64,000 nt of DNA. Source: a virus (taxonomy: Duplodnaviria; Caudoviricetes). Shown in pieces: positions 55,181-64,000 of the stretch. The translations under genes were made by a program, and so were the position numbers. Within the stretch, counting starts at the first letter, position 1. Every line of letters starts with the position of its first letter. The notes below the pieces were generated by a model. That model was given only the letters and a program-made list of their open reading frames with translations. It ran no database searches and was not told the origin of the DNA. Location of the stretch: the IMG/VR virus record IMGVR_UViG_2738541225_000002, positions 1 to 64,000 of that record; one strand, written 5' to 3'.

Positions 55181-56467
55181 ATGCCACAGATTGAAGAATT
55201 GCGTCGTCAGCGTGCGGGTATCAACGAACAGGTTCAGGCCCTGGCAACCATTGACGCCAGCGGCAGCACGCTGACTGCGGAGCAGCTGACGGAGTTTGCG
55301 AACCTGCAGCAGCAGTTCACTGATATCAGCGCCAAAATTGAACGCCTGGAAGCCGCCGAACGTGCTGCGGCGCTGGTCGCAAAACCCGTTAAAGCGACTC
55401 AGCAGGCCCCCGGCATTATTGTTAAGCAGGAGCCTAAACAGTACACCGGTGCTGGCATGACCCGACTGGTTATGTCTGTCGCCGCAGGCGCAGGGAATCT
55501 GCAGGACGCGGCAAAATTCGCTTCAGAAGAGCTGAATGATCAGTCCGTATCGATGGCCATTTCCACCGCAGCGGCGTCCGGTGGTGTGCTTATTCCGCAG
55601 AACCTCCACAGTGAGGTGATCGAGCTACTGAGCGACCGAACCATCGTCCGCAAGCTGGGTGCCCGTCCCGTTCCGCTGCCTAACGGTAATATGACGCTAC
55701 CACGCGTGGCCGGTGGAGCAACGGCAAGCTACACAGGAGAAAACAAAGACGCCAAGACATCAGAAACACGCTTTGATGATGTAAAACTTACGGCGAAAAC
55801 TCTGATTGCGATGGTGCCTATTTCCAATGCACTGATTGGCCGCGCCGGATTCAACGTCGAGCAGCTGGTCCTGCAGGATATTCTGACCGCCATCTCAGTG
55901 CGTGAGGATAAAGCCTTTATGCGCGATGACGGTACCGGCGATACACCGATTGGTATGAAGGCGCGCGCGACGCAGTGGAACCGCCTGCTGCCGTGGGAAG
56001 CTGATGCAGCGATCAACCTGAACACAGTTGACGAGTACCTGGACAAGATCATTTTGATGGCGATGGACGGCAACAGCAATATGATCAGCAGCGGCTGGGG
56101 CATGTCGAACCGTACCTATATGAAGTTGTTTGGGCTGCGTGACGGCAACGGCAACAAAGTCTATCCGGAAATGGCTCAGGGATTACTTAAAGGATATCCG
56201 GTTCAGCGTACCAGCGCGATCCCTGCGAATCTGGGGACCGGGGGTAAGGAGACTGAGATTTACTTTGCTGACTTCAATGATGTGGTTATCGCTGAAGACG
56301 GCAATATGAAAGTCGACTTCTCGAAGGAAGCCTCTTACATCGATGCCGATGGCACCCTGGTATCTGCGTTTTCCCGTAACCAGTCGCTAATCCGCGTTGT
56401 TACTGAGCATGATATTGGCTTCCGTCATCCGGAAGGCCTGGTGCTGGGTACCGGCGTCCTGTTCTAA
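55181..56467 (+). CDS. Major capsid protein (HK97 fold, delta domain)
   Basis: Coiled-coil N-terminus; GGVLIP; ED.AF..DDGT. Confidence 0.93.
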   Translation: MPQIEELRRQRAGINEQVQALATIDASGSTLTAEQLTEFANLQQQFTDISAKIERLEAAERAAALVAKPVKATQQAPGIIVKQEPKQYTGAGMTRLVMSVAAGAGNLQDAAKFASEELNDQSVSMAISTAAASGGVLIPQNLHSEVIELLSDRTIVRKLGARPVPLPNGNMTLPRVAGGATASYTGENKDAKTSETRFDDVKLTAKTLIAMVPISNALIGRAGFNVEQLVLQDILTAISVREDKAFMRDDGTGDTPIGMKARATQWNRLLPWEADAAINLNTVDEYLDKIILMAMDGNSNMISSGWGMSNRTYMKLFGLRDGNGNKVYPEMAQGLLKGYPVQRTSAIPANLGTGGKETEIYFADFNDVVIAEDGNMKVDFSKEASYIDADGTLVSAFSRNQSLIRVVTEHDIGFRHPEGLVLGTGVLF

Positions 56468-56525
56468 CCCATCCCTCAGTAAATACGGCCCGCATATGCG
56501 GGCTTTTCCCTTTCAGGAGAATGTT

Positions 56526-56786
56526 ATGGCTGCGAAAAATAAAGCAGTGGAGCCGGAAGAAACAGGCACACAGGACAACCATGCGACCGTGGTCGCACAG
56601 GCAGAGCGTAAATCCGTTGTGTTCCTTGGGCCGCACCACCGTTATTCCCGTGGAGATATCGCGTGCTTTGAAGGATCGCGCGCCGAAGAACTGGTTAAGC
56701 GGCGTATCGCGGTATGGCCGGAGGATGCCGAACGTGCGCTGAAACCGAAGCCGGGAGACAGCGATTTTGATACTGACATTGGATGA
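56526..56786 (+). CDS. Hypothetical head-associated protein
   Basis: AGGAG RBS; 86 aa. Confidence 0.65.
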   Translation: MAAKNKAVEPEETGTQDNHATVVAQAERKSVVFLGPHHRYSRGDIACFEGSRAEELVKRRIAVWPEDAERALKPKPGDSDFDTDIG

Positions 56787-57084
56787 TGTGAAAACCCAGC
56801 TACGCCTGGAACTGGACTTCACGGAGCATGATGCCATGCTCACGCAAATGGTGAACGCCGCGCAGCGGAGCATCGAGCGTGATTACTACTGCAAGCTGGT
56901 CACCAGTGATGAAGAGCTGCAGGCGCTCCCGGAGACCGTCCGCGGATTTATCGCGGATGAAGATATCCGGCTGGCTATTCAGTTTCTGGTCAGCGATGCG
57001 TATCTGAATGGCCATACCGGACAGTGGCTGGAAACCGCTGCGGTGAGGCATCTTCTTTTCCCCCTGCAGGAGCATACGCTATGA
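56767..57084 (+). CDS. Head-tail connector (gp6-like)
   Basis: LTLDDVK.QLR...D..L...V.AA. Confidence 0.85.
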   Translation: MILTLDDVKTQLRLELDFTEHDAMLTQMVNAAQRSIERDYYCKLVTSDEELQALPETVRGFIADEDIRLAIQFLVSDAYLNGHTGQWLETAAVRHLLFPLQEHTL

Positions 57085-57419
57085 GCCTGAAACCGGGTGA
57101 TATGAACTGTCGCATTGCGATTAGCTACGTTCAGTCCGGTCGGGGGCCGCTGGGCGAACCGCTACCGGAAAAGCAGGTTGAATCGGGAAAAGCGTGGGCA
57201 AAACGGGAGCTGGTATCGGGGCGGAAAGTCCGCACGCTGGATCAGCAGCAGGTGGTGGAAACCTGCCTGTTTACGGTCTATCCGGGTGTGCTGGTTGATA
57301 TTGACTGGAAAATCACGACGAAAAATCTGGTTTATACCGTCCGGAATATCGACCGCAAAACGGACCGGATCATTATCACGGGGGAGGCTGACGGGCGGCA
57401 TGATAGAGCTGGCGATTAA
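57081..57419 (+). CDS. Head closure protein
   Basis: GDMNCRI...G.LGE...WA; position. Confidence 0.8.
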   Translation: MSLKPGDMNCRIAISYVQSGRGPLGEPLPEKQVESGKAWAKRELVSGRKVRTLDQQQVVETCLFTVYPGVLVDIDWKITTKNLVYTVRNIDRKTDRIIITGEADGRHDRAGD

Positions 57420-57789
57420 GGGTGCGCTGGAGCGCATCACCGGCATGAATGCGTATCCGCTTTTACTGCCGGACACAGTCCAGGAAGGAGCGACCTTTCA
57501 GCGTATCTCTGACCCGGAAATGGTCTCGGGAATGTTGCGAACGGGGATCGTCTCTGCCCGTATCCAGGTGAACCTATACCTTCTCGATAATTACACCTCA
57601 CTGCTGCAGCTGGATAAAAAAATCTGGGCGGAACTGAAGTCAGTCGTTCATGGCCAGCTGGAGGGTATCCCGGTTCAGTATGTGGAGCGAGGCGGTATCC
57701 ATCAGGATAAAAACCAGCTGACGAATCGTCGCATTCAGTATCGCCTGACCCGCGATTTCATCATTCACTACGTGGAGGACTCCTCGTGA
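57400..57789 (+). CDS. Tail completion protein
   Basis: YPLLLP...TFQRIS...RIQV pattern. Confidence 0.7.
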   Translation: MIELAIKGALERITGMNAYPLLLPDTVQEGATFQRISDPEMVSGMLRTGIVSARIQVNLYLLDNYTSLLQLDKKIWAELKSVVHGQLEGIPVQYVERGGIHQDKNQLTNRRIQYRLTRDFIIHYVEDSS

Positions 57790-58187
57790 TCCGAATGGAA
57801 GTTAAAGGGCTGGATGAGCTGGAGCGGCAGTTAATGGCCCTGGGCGAAAAAGTGGCGACGAAGGTATTGCGGGATGCCGGGCGCGAAGCGCTAAAGGTCG
57901 TCGAGGAAGATATGAAGCAGCATGCCGGCTTTGACGAAACGTCTGCCGGGCCGCACATGCGGGACTCAATCAAAATCCGCTCTTCCACCCGCAAGGGTAA
58001 AGGGAACGCGGTTGTAACGCTCCGTGTTGGCCCCAGCAAGCAGCACCATATGAAGGCGCTGGCGCAGGAGTTTGGCACGGTTAAACAGGTTGCAGACCCC
58101 TTTATCCGACCCGCCCTGGATTACAACCTCCAGACCGTTTTGCGCGTGTTAACCGTGGAAATCCGAAACGGCATTGAAAACAGGTAG
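57786..58187 (+). CDS. HK97 gp10-family neck protein
   Basis: GLDELERQL...EFGT....PFIRPA. Confidence 0.88.
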   Translation: MIRMEVKGLDELERQLMALGEKVATKVLRDAGREALKVVEEDMKQHAGFDETSAGPHMRDSIKIRSSTRKGKGNAVVTLRVGPSKQHHMKALAQEFGTVKQVADPFIRPALDYNLQTVLRVLTVEIRNGIENR

Positions 58188-58218
58188 CATCCGCTGCCGT
58201 ATAAAAAGAGAGAGAAAC

Positions 58219-58680
58219 ATGGCTGATAAAACTTCGCCTGAATATGCGATGTTGCCGGCGGGCACCATTGTGAAATACGGGGAGCCTGGCGCTGCCACGT
58301 CAGCGCTGAAACCGCTGATTAACTGTAAAGCGCTGGGTGCAATGGGGCAGACGGGGGGCTTTGTCGACTGCACCACGTTACTGGATAAGCAGAAACAGTC
58401 CATCAGCGATCTGCCTGACGGGCCTGAAAAGTCACTGGGCTTCATTGATGATCCGGGCAACACCGATTTTGCCGCGCTGCTGAACGCAGCAGAGGCCCGC
58501 AAGACCATCCAGTTATACGTCGAATTACCCAACAAGCGAACAGCGACGATGCTCCTGGCGCTGTCCGGGTGGCAGATGAATGAAATCGCCGCTCCGGCGA
58601 ATGAGGTCATCCAGATCACTGTTCAGGGTAAACAGAACAAGATCGCCTGGGGAACCGTCGCTGTCTCCGGCGGCGCCTGA
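58219..58680 (+). CDS. Major tail tube protein
   Basis: VDCTTL...I.DLPD; followed by a terminator and the chaperone gene. Confidence 0.85.
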   Translation: MADKTSPEYAMLPAGTIVKYGEPGAATSALKPLINCKALGAMGQTGGFVDCTTLLDKQKQSISDLPDGPEKSLGFIDDPGNTDFAALLNAAEARKTIQLYVELPNKRTATMLLALSGWQMNEIAAPANEVIQITVQGKQNKIAWGTVAVSGGA

Positions 58681-58737
58681 TTAACTTAACCTTTAAACAG
58701 CCACCTTCGGGTGGCTTTTTATTTTTAAGGACTACCT

Positions 58738-59103
58738 GTGAAAGATAAAGATTACCTGTCCACGCTGAAATCCGCGTTGCTTAAATCGGAGCCAACCGTC
58801 ATTAAAACCGAGTTATTTGGCGCCACCGTATTCATCCGCCGCCTGACCGGGGATTACCTCATCAGCTACGAAGAGAAAATGGCTGAAACCGCAAAAGCTG
58901 GCGCAGCGCGCGAGGCATCGGAGCAAGTCATCCAGATCGTCATCGATGCACTGGTTCAGCCGGATGGAACGGCCATTCCGGATGAATTTAAACCCACGGC
59001 AGCCGAGCTGCTGAAGGCCCATGAAAACCCCGAACTGCTGGCCGCTGTGGAAAAAGTGAAGCAACACGCAATCGGCAAGCTGGAGGAAGCAGAAAAAAAC
59101 TGA
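58738..59103 (+). CDS. Tail assembly chaperone G
   Basis: Ends AEKN over a slippery site. Confidence 0.85.
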   Translation: MKDKDYLSTLKSALLKSEPTVIKTELFGATVFIRRLTGDYLISYEEKMAETAKAGAAREASEQVIQIVIDALVQPDGTAIPDEFKPTAAELLKAHENPELLAAVEKVKQHAIGKLEEAEKN

Positions 59104-59336
59104 GTGACTCGCCCTGGCTGGAGCTGATCTTCTGGCTGGCCGACCGCTGGGGCGAGCCTGACCCATCCAAAATTGCCGCATTGCCGGCCAACACTCTGTA
59201 CCACTGGCGAGCCTACTTCCTGAAACAGGGCACTTTCCGCCGTCCTGGCGATGAAAACGCGCCACCTACCGAAACCACACCTGCGCCATCCCGGGTCGAT
59301 GATGAATGCGCGGCAGTCATGAGGGCATTAATGTAA
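59094..59336 (+). CDS. Tail assembly chaperone GT extension via -1 frameshift
   Basis: A-AAA-AAC heptamer at 59094-59100; the -1 frame is open to TAA 59336, overlapping the tape measure ATG. Confidence 0.8.
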   Translation, partial: KKLSDSPWLELIFWLADRWGEPDPSKIAALPANTLYHWRAYFLKQGTFRRPGDENAPPTETTPAPSRVDDECAAVMRALM

Positions 59337-62300
59337 TGGCAGACGTCGCATCTTTAGCGGTCGGGCTGCACCTGAACGCAGCCAGTTTTAAATCCCAGCT
59401 GCTGGGAGCGTATGGCGATGCGGAGAACCAGTCACGACGGTTTAACCGTAATGCCCAGGCGGACGCGAAAAAGACGGAGGACGCCTATAAGAAGGTCGGT
59501 CTGTCGATATCCGGGATGGCCAGCCGGCTGGCGGGGCTGGCAGGAGCCGGCCTTTCCATCGGCACGATCGTCACCACGTCCAGACAATATGGACAGGCAT
59601 TATCAGACCTGCAGGCCATCACCGGTGCGACTGCAGCTGAAATGAAAGCGCTGGATCTGGCTGCGCAGGAAATGGGACGCACGACAGAGTACAGCGCCAG
59701 CCAGGCCGCCGAAGCGCTAAAGCTGATGGCGTCGGCTAAACCGGAACTTTTAAAAACGTCCGATGGACTGCAGAAGGCTACGAACAGCGCCCTTATCCTG
59801 GCGCAGGCCGCCGGCACAACGTTGCCCGATGCGACCAGAACGCTGGCGCTCTCCTTAAACCAGTACGGGGCGAGCGCGCAGGAGGCGGATCGTTATATCA
59901 ACGTGCTGGCCGCCGGCGCGAAGTACGGGTCGTCGGAGATTGTGGATACGGCGGCTGCCATTAAAAATGGTGGCGTCGCAGCCGCACAGGCCGGCGTTGG
60001 TTTTGAGCAGCTGAATGCCGCGATTCAGGTGCTGGCAGAGCGTGAAATTAAAGGCGGTGAAGCCGGCACGGCGCTGCGTAACGTCATCCTGAATCTGGAA
60101 AAGGGCACGGACAAGAGCCTCAAGCCGTCCGTGGTTGGTCTCAGCCAGGCGCTGACCACTCTTTCCGGGAAAAATCTCTCCACGGCCCAGGCCGTAAAAC
60201 TGTTTGGCGTGGAGAACCTGAATGCGGCGTCTATCCTGGTCCAGAACCGTTCAAAGCTTGATGAGCTAACCGCTTCCCTGACCGGTACCAAAACGGCGCA
60301 TGAGCAGGCATCCATCAGGGTTAACAACCTGAACGGCGATTTGCTGGGGCTGAGCAGTGCGTTTGAAGGGATGGTCATTAAGATCGGCCAGAGCAGTAAC
60401 GGGCCACTCCGCAGCGGGATTCAGGTTGCCACGGAGGCACTGAACAGCCTGGCAGACAATTTCAACACCGTCTCCAGCGTGGCGCTTTACAGCCTGATCC
60501 CCGTGTTATCCACGAAACTGACTGCAGGGCTGCGGGAGAATATCGCGGCCTGGCGGGAAAGCCAGGCGGCGGCAAAAGCGCGGGCGCAGGCTGATGCGGA
60601 TATTGCCCGCAAAACGCTGGATTCGACAGCGGCCATCCTGAAACAGAACGACGCTGAGTTTGGCCACTACCGGCAGATGGAGCGGACGGCTAAACAGTAC
60701 GGGATGAATATCAGTTACCAGGATGAGTTTACCCGGCTTATCCGGCAGGAAACTGAGCAAACGAACCTGGCCAGCCAGGCGAAACTGAAACTGGCAGCGG
60801 CAAACCGGCAATTGTCGATATCAGCCCGTGCGGCCTCCGTTGCGGTGGGCCTGGCAAGAGGCGCCCTGGCTTTTGTTGGTGGTCCGGTTGGCGCGGCGAC
60901 GCTGGCTGGCTCTGCATTACTGTATTTCCATCAACAGGCAAAAGAAGCCCGGCAATCGGCCATTGATTTAAAAGATGCCGTAGTGGAAACCAGTGAAGCG
61001 CTGATGCGCCTCTCGCTTAACCAGTTAAATGTGAAGCAGTTCGACCTGGAGGATAAGTACGAAAACCAGGTCGTGCAGCGTAACCAGCTGATAAAAGAGA
61101 TTCAGGATGCCGACAGTCGTATCGACAGCCTGAAAGGGTTTGACCCCTTCGGCCAGCTGGAAGGGGTGACAAAAGACCAGACGCGGGCGCGGGCGGATCT
61201 CGATAGCGTTAACGAGGGACTCCGCAAAACCGAGGAAAACATTAAGCGTGTCAGTGATGCAAAAACACTGGCTCAGCTGGGTTTATCGGGAAAAATAACC
61301 TCCCTTACGGACGATCTGAAAGGAGCGTTAAGCACGCCCCCCAAAGAGACCGGAGAGGGAAATCCCTGGGGCGGCGATGGCGGTACCGGCACGGGGAAAG
61401 GCAGTAAGTCCCAGGTCGACCAGTTCAAAACGCTGCGGCAGCAAATTGAAGAAGCCCATGCATCCAGCCTGGCCAGAATTAACCTGCAGGAAAAGGACAG
61501 CAACAGGGAGCTGCAGGAAGCGGCGAAGAAAAATGGCGCCAGTGATGCTGACCTGCAGCGCGCGCTGTTAATGAATGCAGAGAACTACCAGAAACAGCGA
61601 CTGGATCTGGCCGCGCAGTATTCCCCCGCCCAGGAAACCCTGCGAAAAGAGCAGGAAGCCAGCCGGGACCTGGCTGAGCTTTTCAAAGCCCGCCTTCTTG
61701 ATGAAAAAGAGTACCAGGCCGCACGAATAACGCTGGCCAGAGATACTGCGAAAGAGCTGCTGCAGGCGCATGCCGATGAAATCGCTGCGCCGGCACTGGA
61801 TATCGCCGGCGAAGTTGATCCACTGGTCTCGCTGCGCAATCAGCTTGCGCAGCGGCAGGCATTGCTGCAGGCGTACTACCAGGGCAGCGCGATCAGCAAA
61901 GAACAGTACGAAATGCTGATGCAGAAGGCGACGAAAGAATCCGCCGATGCGCAGTATCAGACGTCACTGGAGTTATACCGATCACAGGGAGAATTCCAGA
62001 GCCTGGCCGTCGGGTTATTTGAAACGGCCCATGAGCGCTCGGGCAACTTCCTGACGAGCATGCTGACGCGGACGAGAAGCTTTAAGGAGAACATGGCTGA
62101 TCTGTTTTCCTCGCTCACGCAGTCGATCATAAAAAACCTCGTTGATATGGCCGCTCAGGCGCTGGTCACCAGTACCGTCATGCAAACCATTATGGGCGTG
62201 GTGGGAGCTGGAGTGAGTATTGCAGGTGGTGTTTCTGGAGCGGCTGATGTCGGCGCAGGAACTGCGATTCAGAATGCGGGTAATAACTTTAACTTTCAAA

Positions 62301-62692
62301 TACCGGGTTATGCCAAAGGCGGTGTCTTCGATTCTCCTTCATTAAGTGCCTACAGTAACCAGGTCTACGACTCTCCGCAGTTCTTCGCTTTCGCAAAAGG
62401 GGCCGGCGTATTTGGCGAGGCCGGGCCGGAGGCCATCATGCCGCTGACGCGTGCCGGCGATGGTTCGCTGGGTGTACGCGCTGTCGGTGGTGGTCAGAAC
62501 GCCGGCGCGTCGGAAGGGCCAAAAGTCTATATCACGATTGAAGGCGGAAACACCTCAACGCAGGCGCCGTCTGGTTTTGAGCAGTTTGGCCAGCAGATCG
62601 GCTCGTTTGTGGAGAAAAAATACAGGGAGCTGATGGCGCAGGATATGCGCCCTGGCGGGATGGTCTGGAATGCAGTTAAAGGGCAACGTTGA
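59336..62692 (+). CDS. Tape measure protein
   Basis: ~1118 aa, Ala-rich helical; C-terminal GEAGPEAIMPL. Confidence 0.93.
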   Translation: MADVASLAVGLHLNAASFKSQLLGAYGDAENQSRRFNRNAQADAKKTEDAYKKVGLSISGMASRLAGLAGAGLSIGTIVTTSRQYGQALSDLQAITGATAAEMKALDLAAQEMGRTTEYSASQAAEALKLMASAKPELLKTSDGLQKATNSALILAQAAGTTLPDATRTLALSLNQYGASAQEADRYINVLAAGAKYGSSEIVDTAAAIKNGGVAAAQAGVGFEQLNAAIQVLAEREIKGGEAGTALRNVILNLEKGTDKSLKPSVVGLSQALTTLSGKNLSTAQAVKLFGVENLNAASILVQNRSKLDELTASLTGTKTAHEQASIRVNNLNGDLLGLSSAFEGMVIKIGQSSNGPLRSGIQVATEALNSLADNFNTVSSVALYSLIPVLSTKLTAGLRENIAAWRESQAAAKARAQADADIARKTLDSTAAILKQNDAEFGHYRQMERTAKQYGMNISYQDEFTRLIRQETEQTNLASQAKLKLAAANRQLSISARAASVAVGLARGALAFVGGPVGAATLAGSALLYFHQQAKEARQSAIDLKDAVVETSEALMRLSLNQLNVKQFDLEDKYENQVVQRNQLIKEIQDADSRIDSLKGFDPFGQLEGVTKDQTRARADLDSVNEGLRKTEENIKRVSDAKTLAQLGLSGKITSLTDDLKGALSTPPKETGEGNPWGGDGGTGTGKGSKSQVDQFKTLRQQIEEAHASSLARINLQEKDSNRELQEAAKKNGASDADLQRALLMNAENYQKQRLDLAAQYSPAQETLRKEQEASRDLAELFKARLLDEKEYQAARITLARDTAKELLQAHADEIAAPALDIAGEVDPLVSLRNQLAQRQALLQAYYQGSAISKEQYEMLMQKATKESADAQYQTSLELYRSQGEFQSLAVGLFETAHERSGNFLTSMLTRTRSFKENMADLFSSLTQSIIKNLVDMAAQALVTSTVMQTIMGVVGAGVSIAGGVSGAADVGAGTAIQNAGNNFNFQIPGYAKGGVFDSPSLSAYSNQVYDSPQFFAFAKGAGVFGEAGPEAIMPLTRAGDGSLGVRAVGGGQNAGASEGPKVYITIEGGNTSTQAPSGFEQFGQQIGSFVEKKYRELMAQDMRPGGMVWNAVKGQR

Positions 62693-63030
62693 TGGCTATT
62701 GAGATATTCACCTGGAGTCCGCGGGTTAATCCCCAGCAGACCGTTAACTTTCGTGTCCGGAAGGCGCAATTCGGTGACGGGTATGCGCAGGTATCCGGCG
62801 ATGGTATTAACACCCGATCACAGGATTGGGAGCTGAGCTTTGTCGGTACGGAGGACTATATCCGTCCGATTAAGCAGTTCCTTGACCGTCATGCCGGCAC
62901 CCGCGCGTTTCAGTGGACCCCGCCTCTGGAAGAGGTGGGGCTTTTCCGCTGCGAACAATACAAACCGGTTCCGCTGGGCGGCGGAAATTACTCACTTTCA
63001 GCCACTTTTATTCAGGCATTTAAACCATGA
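62692..63030 (+). CDS. Minor tail protein M-like
   Basis: QFGDGYAQ...GIN...FL..H.G..AF.W.PP. Confidence 0.88.
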   Translation: MAIEIFTWSPRVNPQQTVNFRVRKAQFGDGYAQVSGDGINTRSQDWELSFVGTEDYIRPIKQFLDRHAGTRAFQWTPPLEEVGLFRCEQYKPVPLGGGNYSLSATFIQAFKP

Positions 63031-63782
63031 GCCTTAACGCGAATTATCAGAAGTTAGAGCCAGGCGATGAGGTTCGTCTCCTGGAGATCGATGGCCAGGC
63101 GTTTGGCCTGGATGAGGTTTTGTATTTCCACGGCTATAACGTTCCCCATACTGCAGCCGAAATCCTCGCCGCTGGCGGCGACCTGGATAAGCTGCCGGCG
63201 AAAAGCATCTGGTGGCAGGGGCGGGAGTATAAAGCCTGGCCATGTGAAATCGAAGGGATCGAGTCCTCCACCACGGGCAGTGACGCGCAGCCAACGCTGC
63301 GGGTAGGGAACATCGACGGGAAGATATCCGCGCTCTGTCTTCATTACGACGATCTGGCTCTGGCGCGGGTTGTCATCCACGACACGCAAAAACAGTATCT
63401 CGATGCGAAGAACTTTCCGGACGGGAATGCCTCAGCTGATCCGACGCAGGAGAAACGGCGCCTTTTCTTCATTGACGTAAAGCATTATGAAGACGATGAG
63501 AAGGTGGAATTTACTCTCTCCAGCCCGTTTGCCCTGCAGGGGATGATGATCCCAACTCGCCAGCTGCATGCGATTTGCACCTGGTGTATCCGCAATCAGT
63601 ACCGCAGCGGTAACGGGTGCGACTATGCCGGCACCCGGTATTTTGACAGGAACAATCAGCCAGTTGATGACCCGTCGCAGGATGTCTGCAACGGAACGCT
63701 CACGGCCTGCAAATTACGTCATGGTGAGAATAGTGAACTGCCGTTTGGCGGGTTCCCCGGCACCTCATTAATCAGGAGCTGA
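63027..63782 (+). CDS. Minor tail protein L
   Basis: CTW...YRS..GCDY.G...C...L..C..R...FGGFP. Confidence 0.9.
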   Translation: MSLNANYQKLEPGDEVRLLEIDGQAFGLDEVLYFHGYNVPHTAAEILAAGGDLDKLPAKSIWWQGREYKAWPCEIEGIESSTTGSDAQPTLRVGNIDGKISALCLHYDDLALARVVIHDTQKQYLDAKNFPDGNASADPTQEKRRLFFIDVKHYEDDEKVEFTLSSPFALQGMMIPTRQLHAICTWCIRNQYRSGNGCDYAGTRYFDRNNQPVDDPSQDVCNGTLTACKLRHGENSELPFGGFPGTSLIRS

Positions 63783-63783
63783 T

Positions 63784-64000
63784 ATGCGTCAGAAAACGAT
63801 TAAGGCCATCCAGGAACATGCGGCCGCAGAATATCCGCGCGAGGCCTGCGGCCTCGTCGCCCAGAGGGGCCGAGCGGAGCGTTATTTCCCCTGCCGGAAC
63901 CTGGCCACAGAGTCGAAAGATAATTTTGTGCTGGCGCCGGAGGATTATGCGGAGGTTGAGGAATGGGGAACGATCACCGGTATTGTTCACAGCCATCCTG
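63784..64000 (+). CDS. Tail tip protein K (JAB/NlpC), 5' part only
   Basis: HA..EYPREACG...IVHSHP; truncated by the window. Confidence 0.85.
   Translation, partial: MRQKTIKAIQEHAAAEYPREACGLVAQRGRAERYFPCRNLATESKDNFVLAPEDYAEVEEWGTITGIVHSHP

Larger units (their letters stand above)
36227..64000. mobile_element. Prophage 2: lambdoid siphovirus with HK97-like head; continues past the window
   Basis: int, CI/Cro, replication, Q, lysis, terminase, head and tail genes in lambdoid order. Confidence 0.93.

Noticed and set aside
59094-59336. Apparent gap before the tape measure gene as a novel element
   Set aside because: Explained by the well-known G/GT programmed -1 frameshift.

Overview
The window contains only prophage DNA from an enterobacterium (probably Klebsiella-like, by inference). 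Two temperate phages lie in tandem at the tRNA-Leu(UAA)/leuZ attachment site. Prophage 1 (~1-36170) looks complete and podovirus-like. It has lambdoid early genes (int, xis, Gp157, a RecE-N/Rad52-like recombinase, a non-cleavable repressor, Cro, CII-like, replication initiator, DnaB). It has T7/BPP-1-type virion genes (head-tail connector, ejection proteins, terminase placed after them, an SGNH tail spike) and a holin/SAR-endolysin/spanin cassette, but no Q gene. The 3' half of tRNA-Leu at 36171-36226 marks the junction. Prophage 2 (36227 to beyond 64000) is an HK97-head lambdoid siphovirus with a cleavable CI, Dam, Q and lambda-like tail genes, and is cut by the window end. The most notable signals are regulatory. 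(1) Prophage 1 encodes a CsrA-like protein. A GGAAAGAC/TGACCA RNA motif occurs about 10 times, both on early-gene ribosome-binding sites and as hairpins in a long non-coding pL leader. (2) That leader also carries a 19-nt match to the 3' part of the host sRNA RprA. (3) Six palindromic boxes sit at a fixed spacing from -10-like hexamers and define a Q-independent late regulon. (4) Prophage 2 has a parallel TTGCAG-hairpin/TGGAGA motif. Several AT-rich morons are defence or exclusion candidates. All product calls come from motif recognition by eye; no database searches were run.
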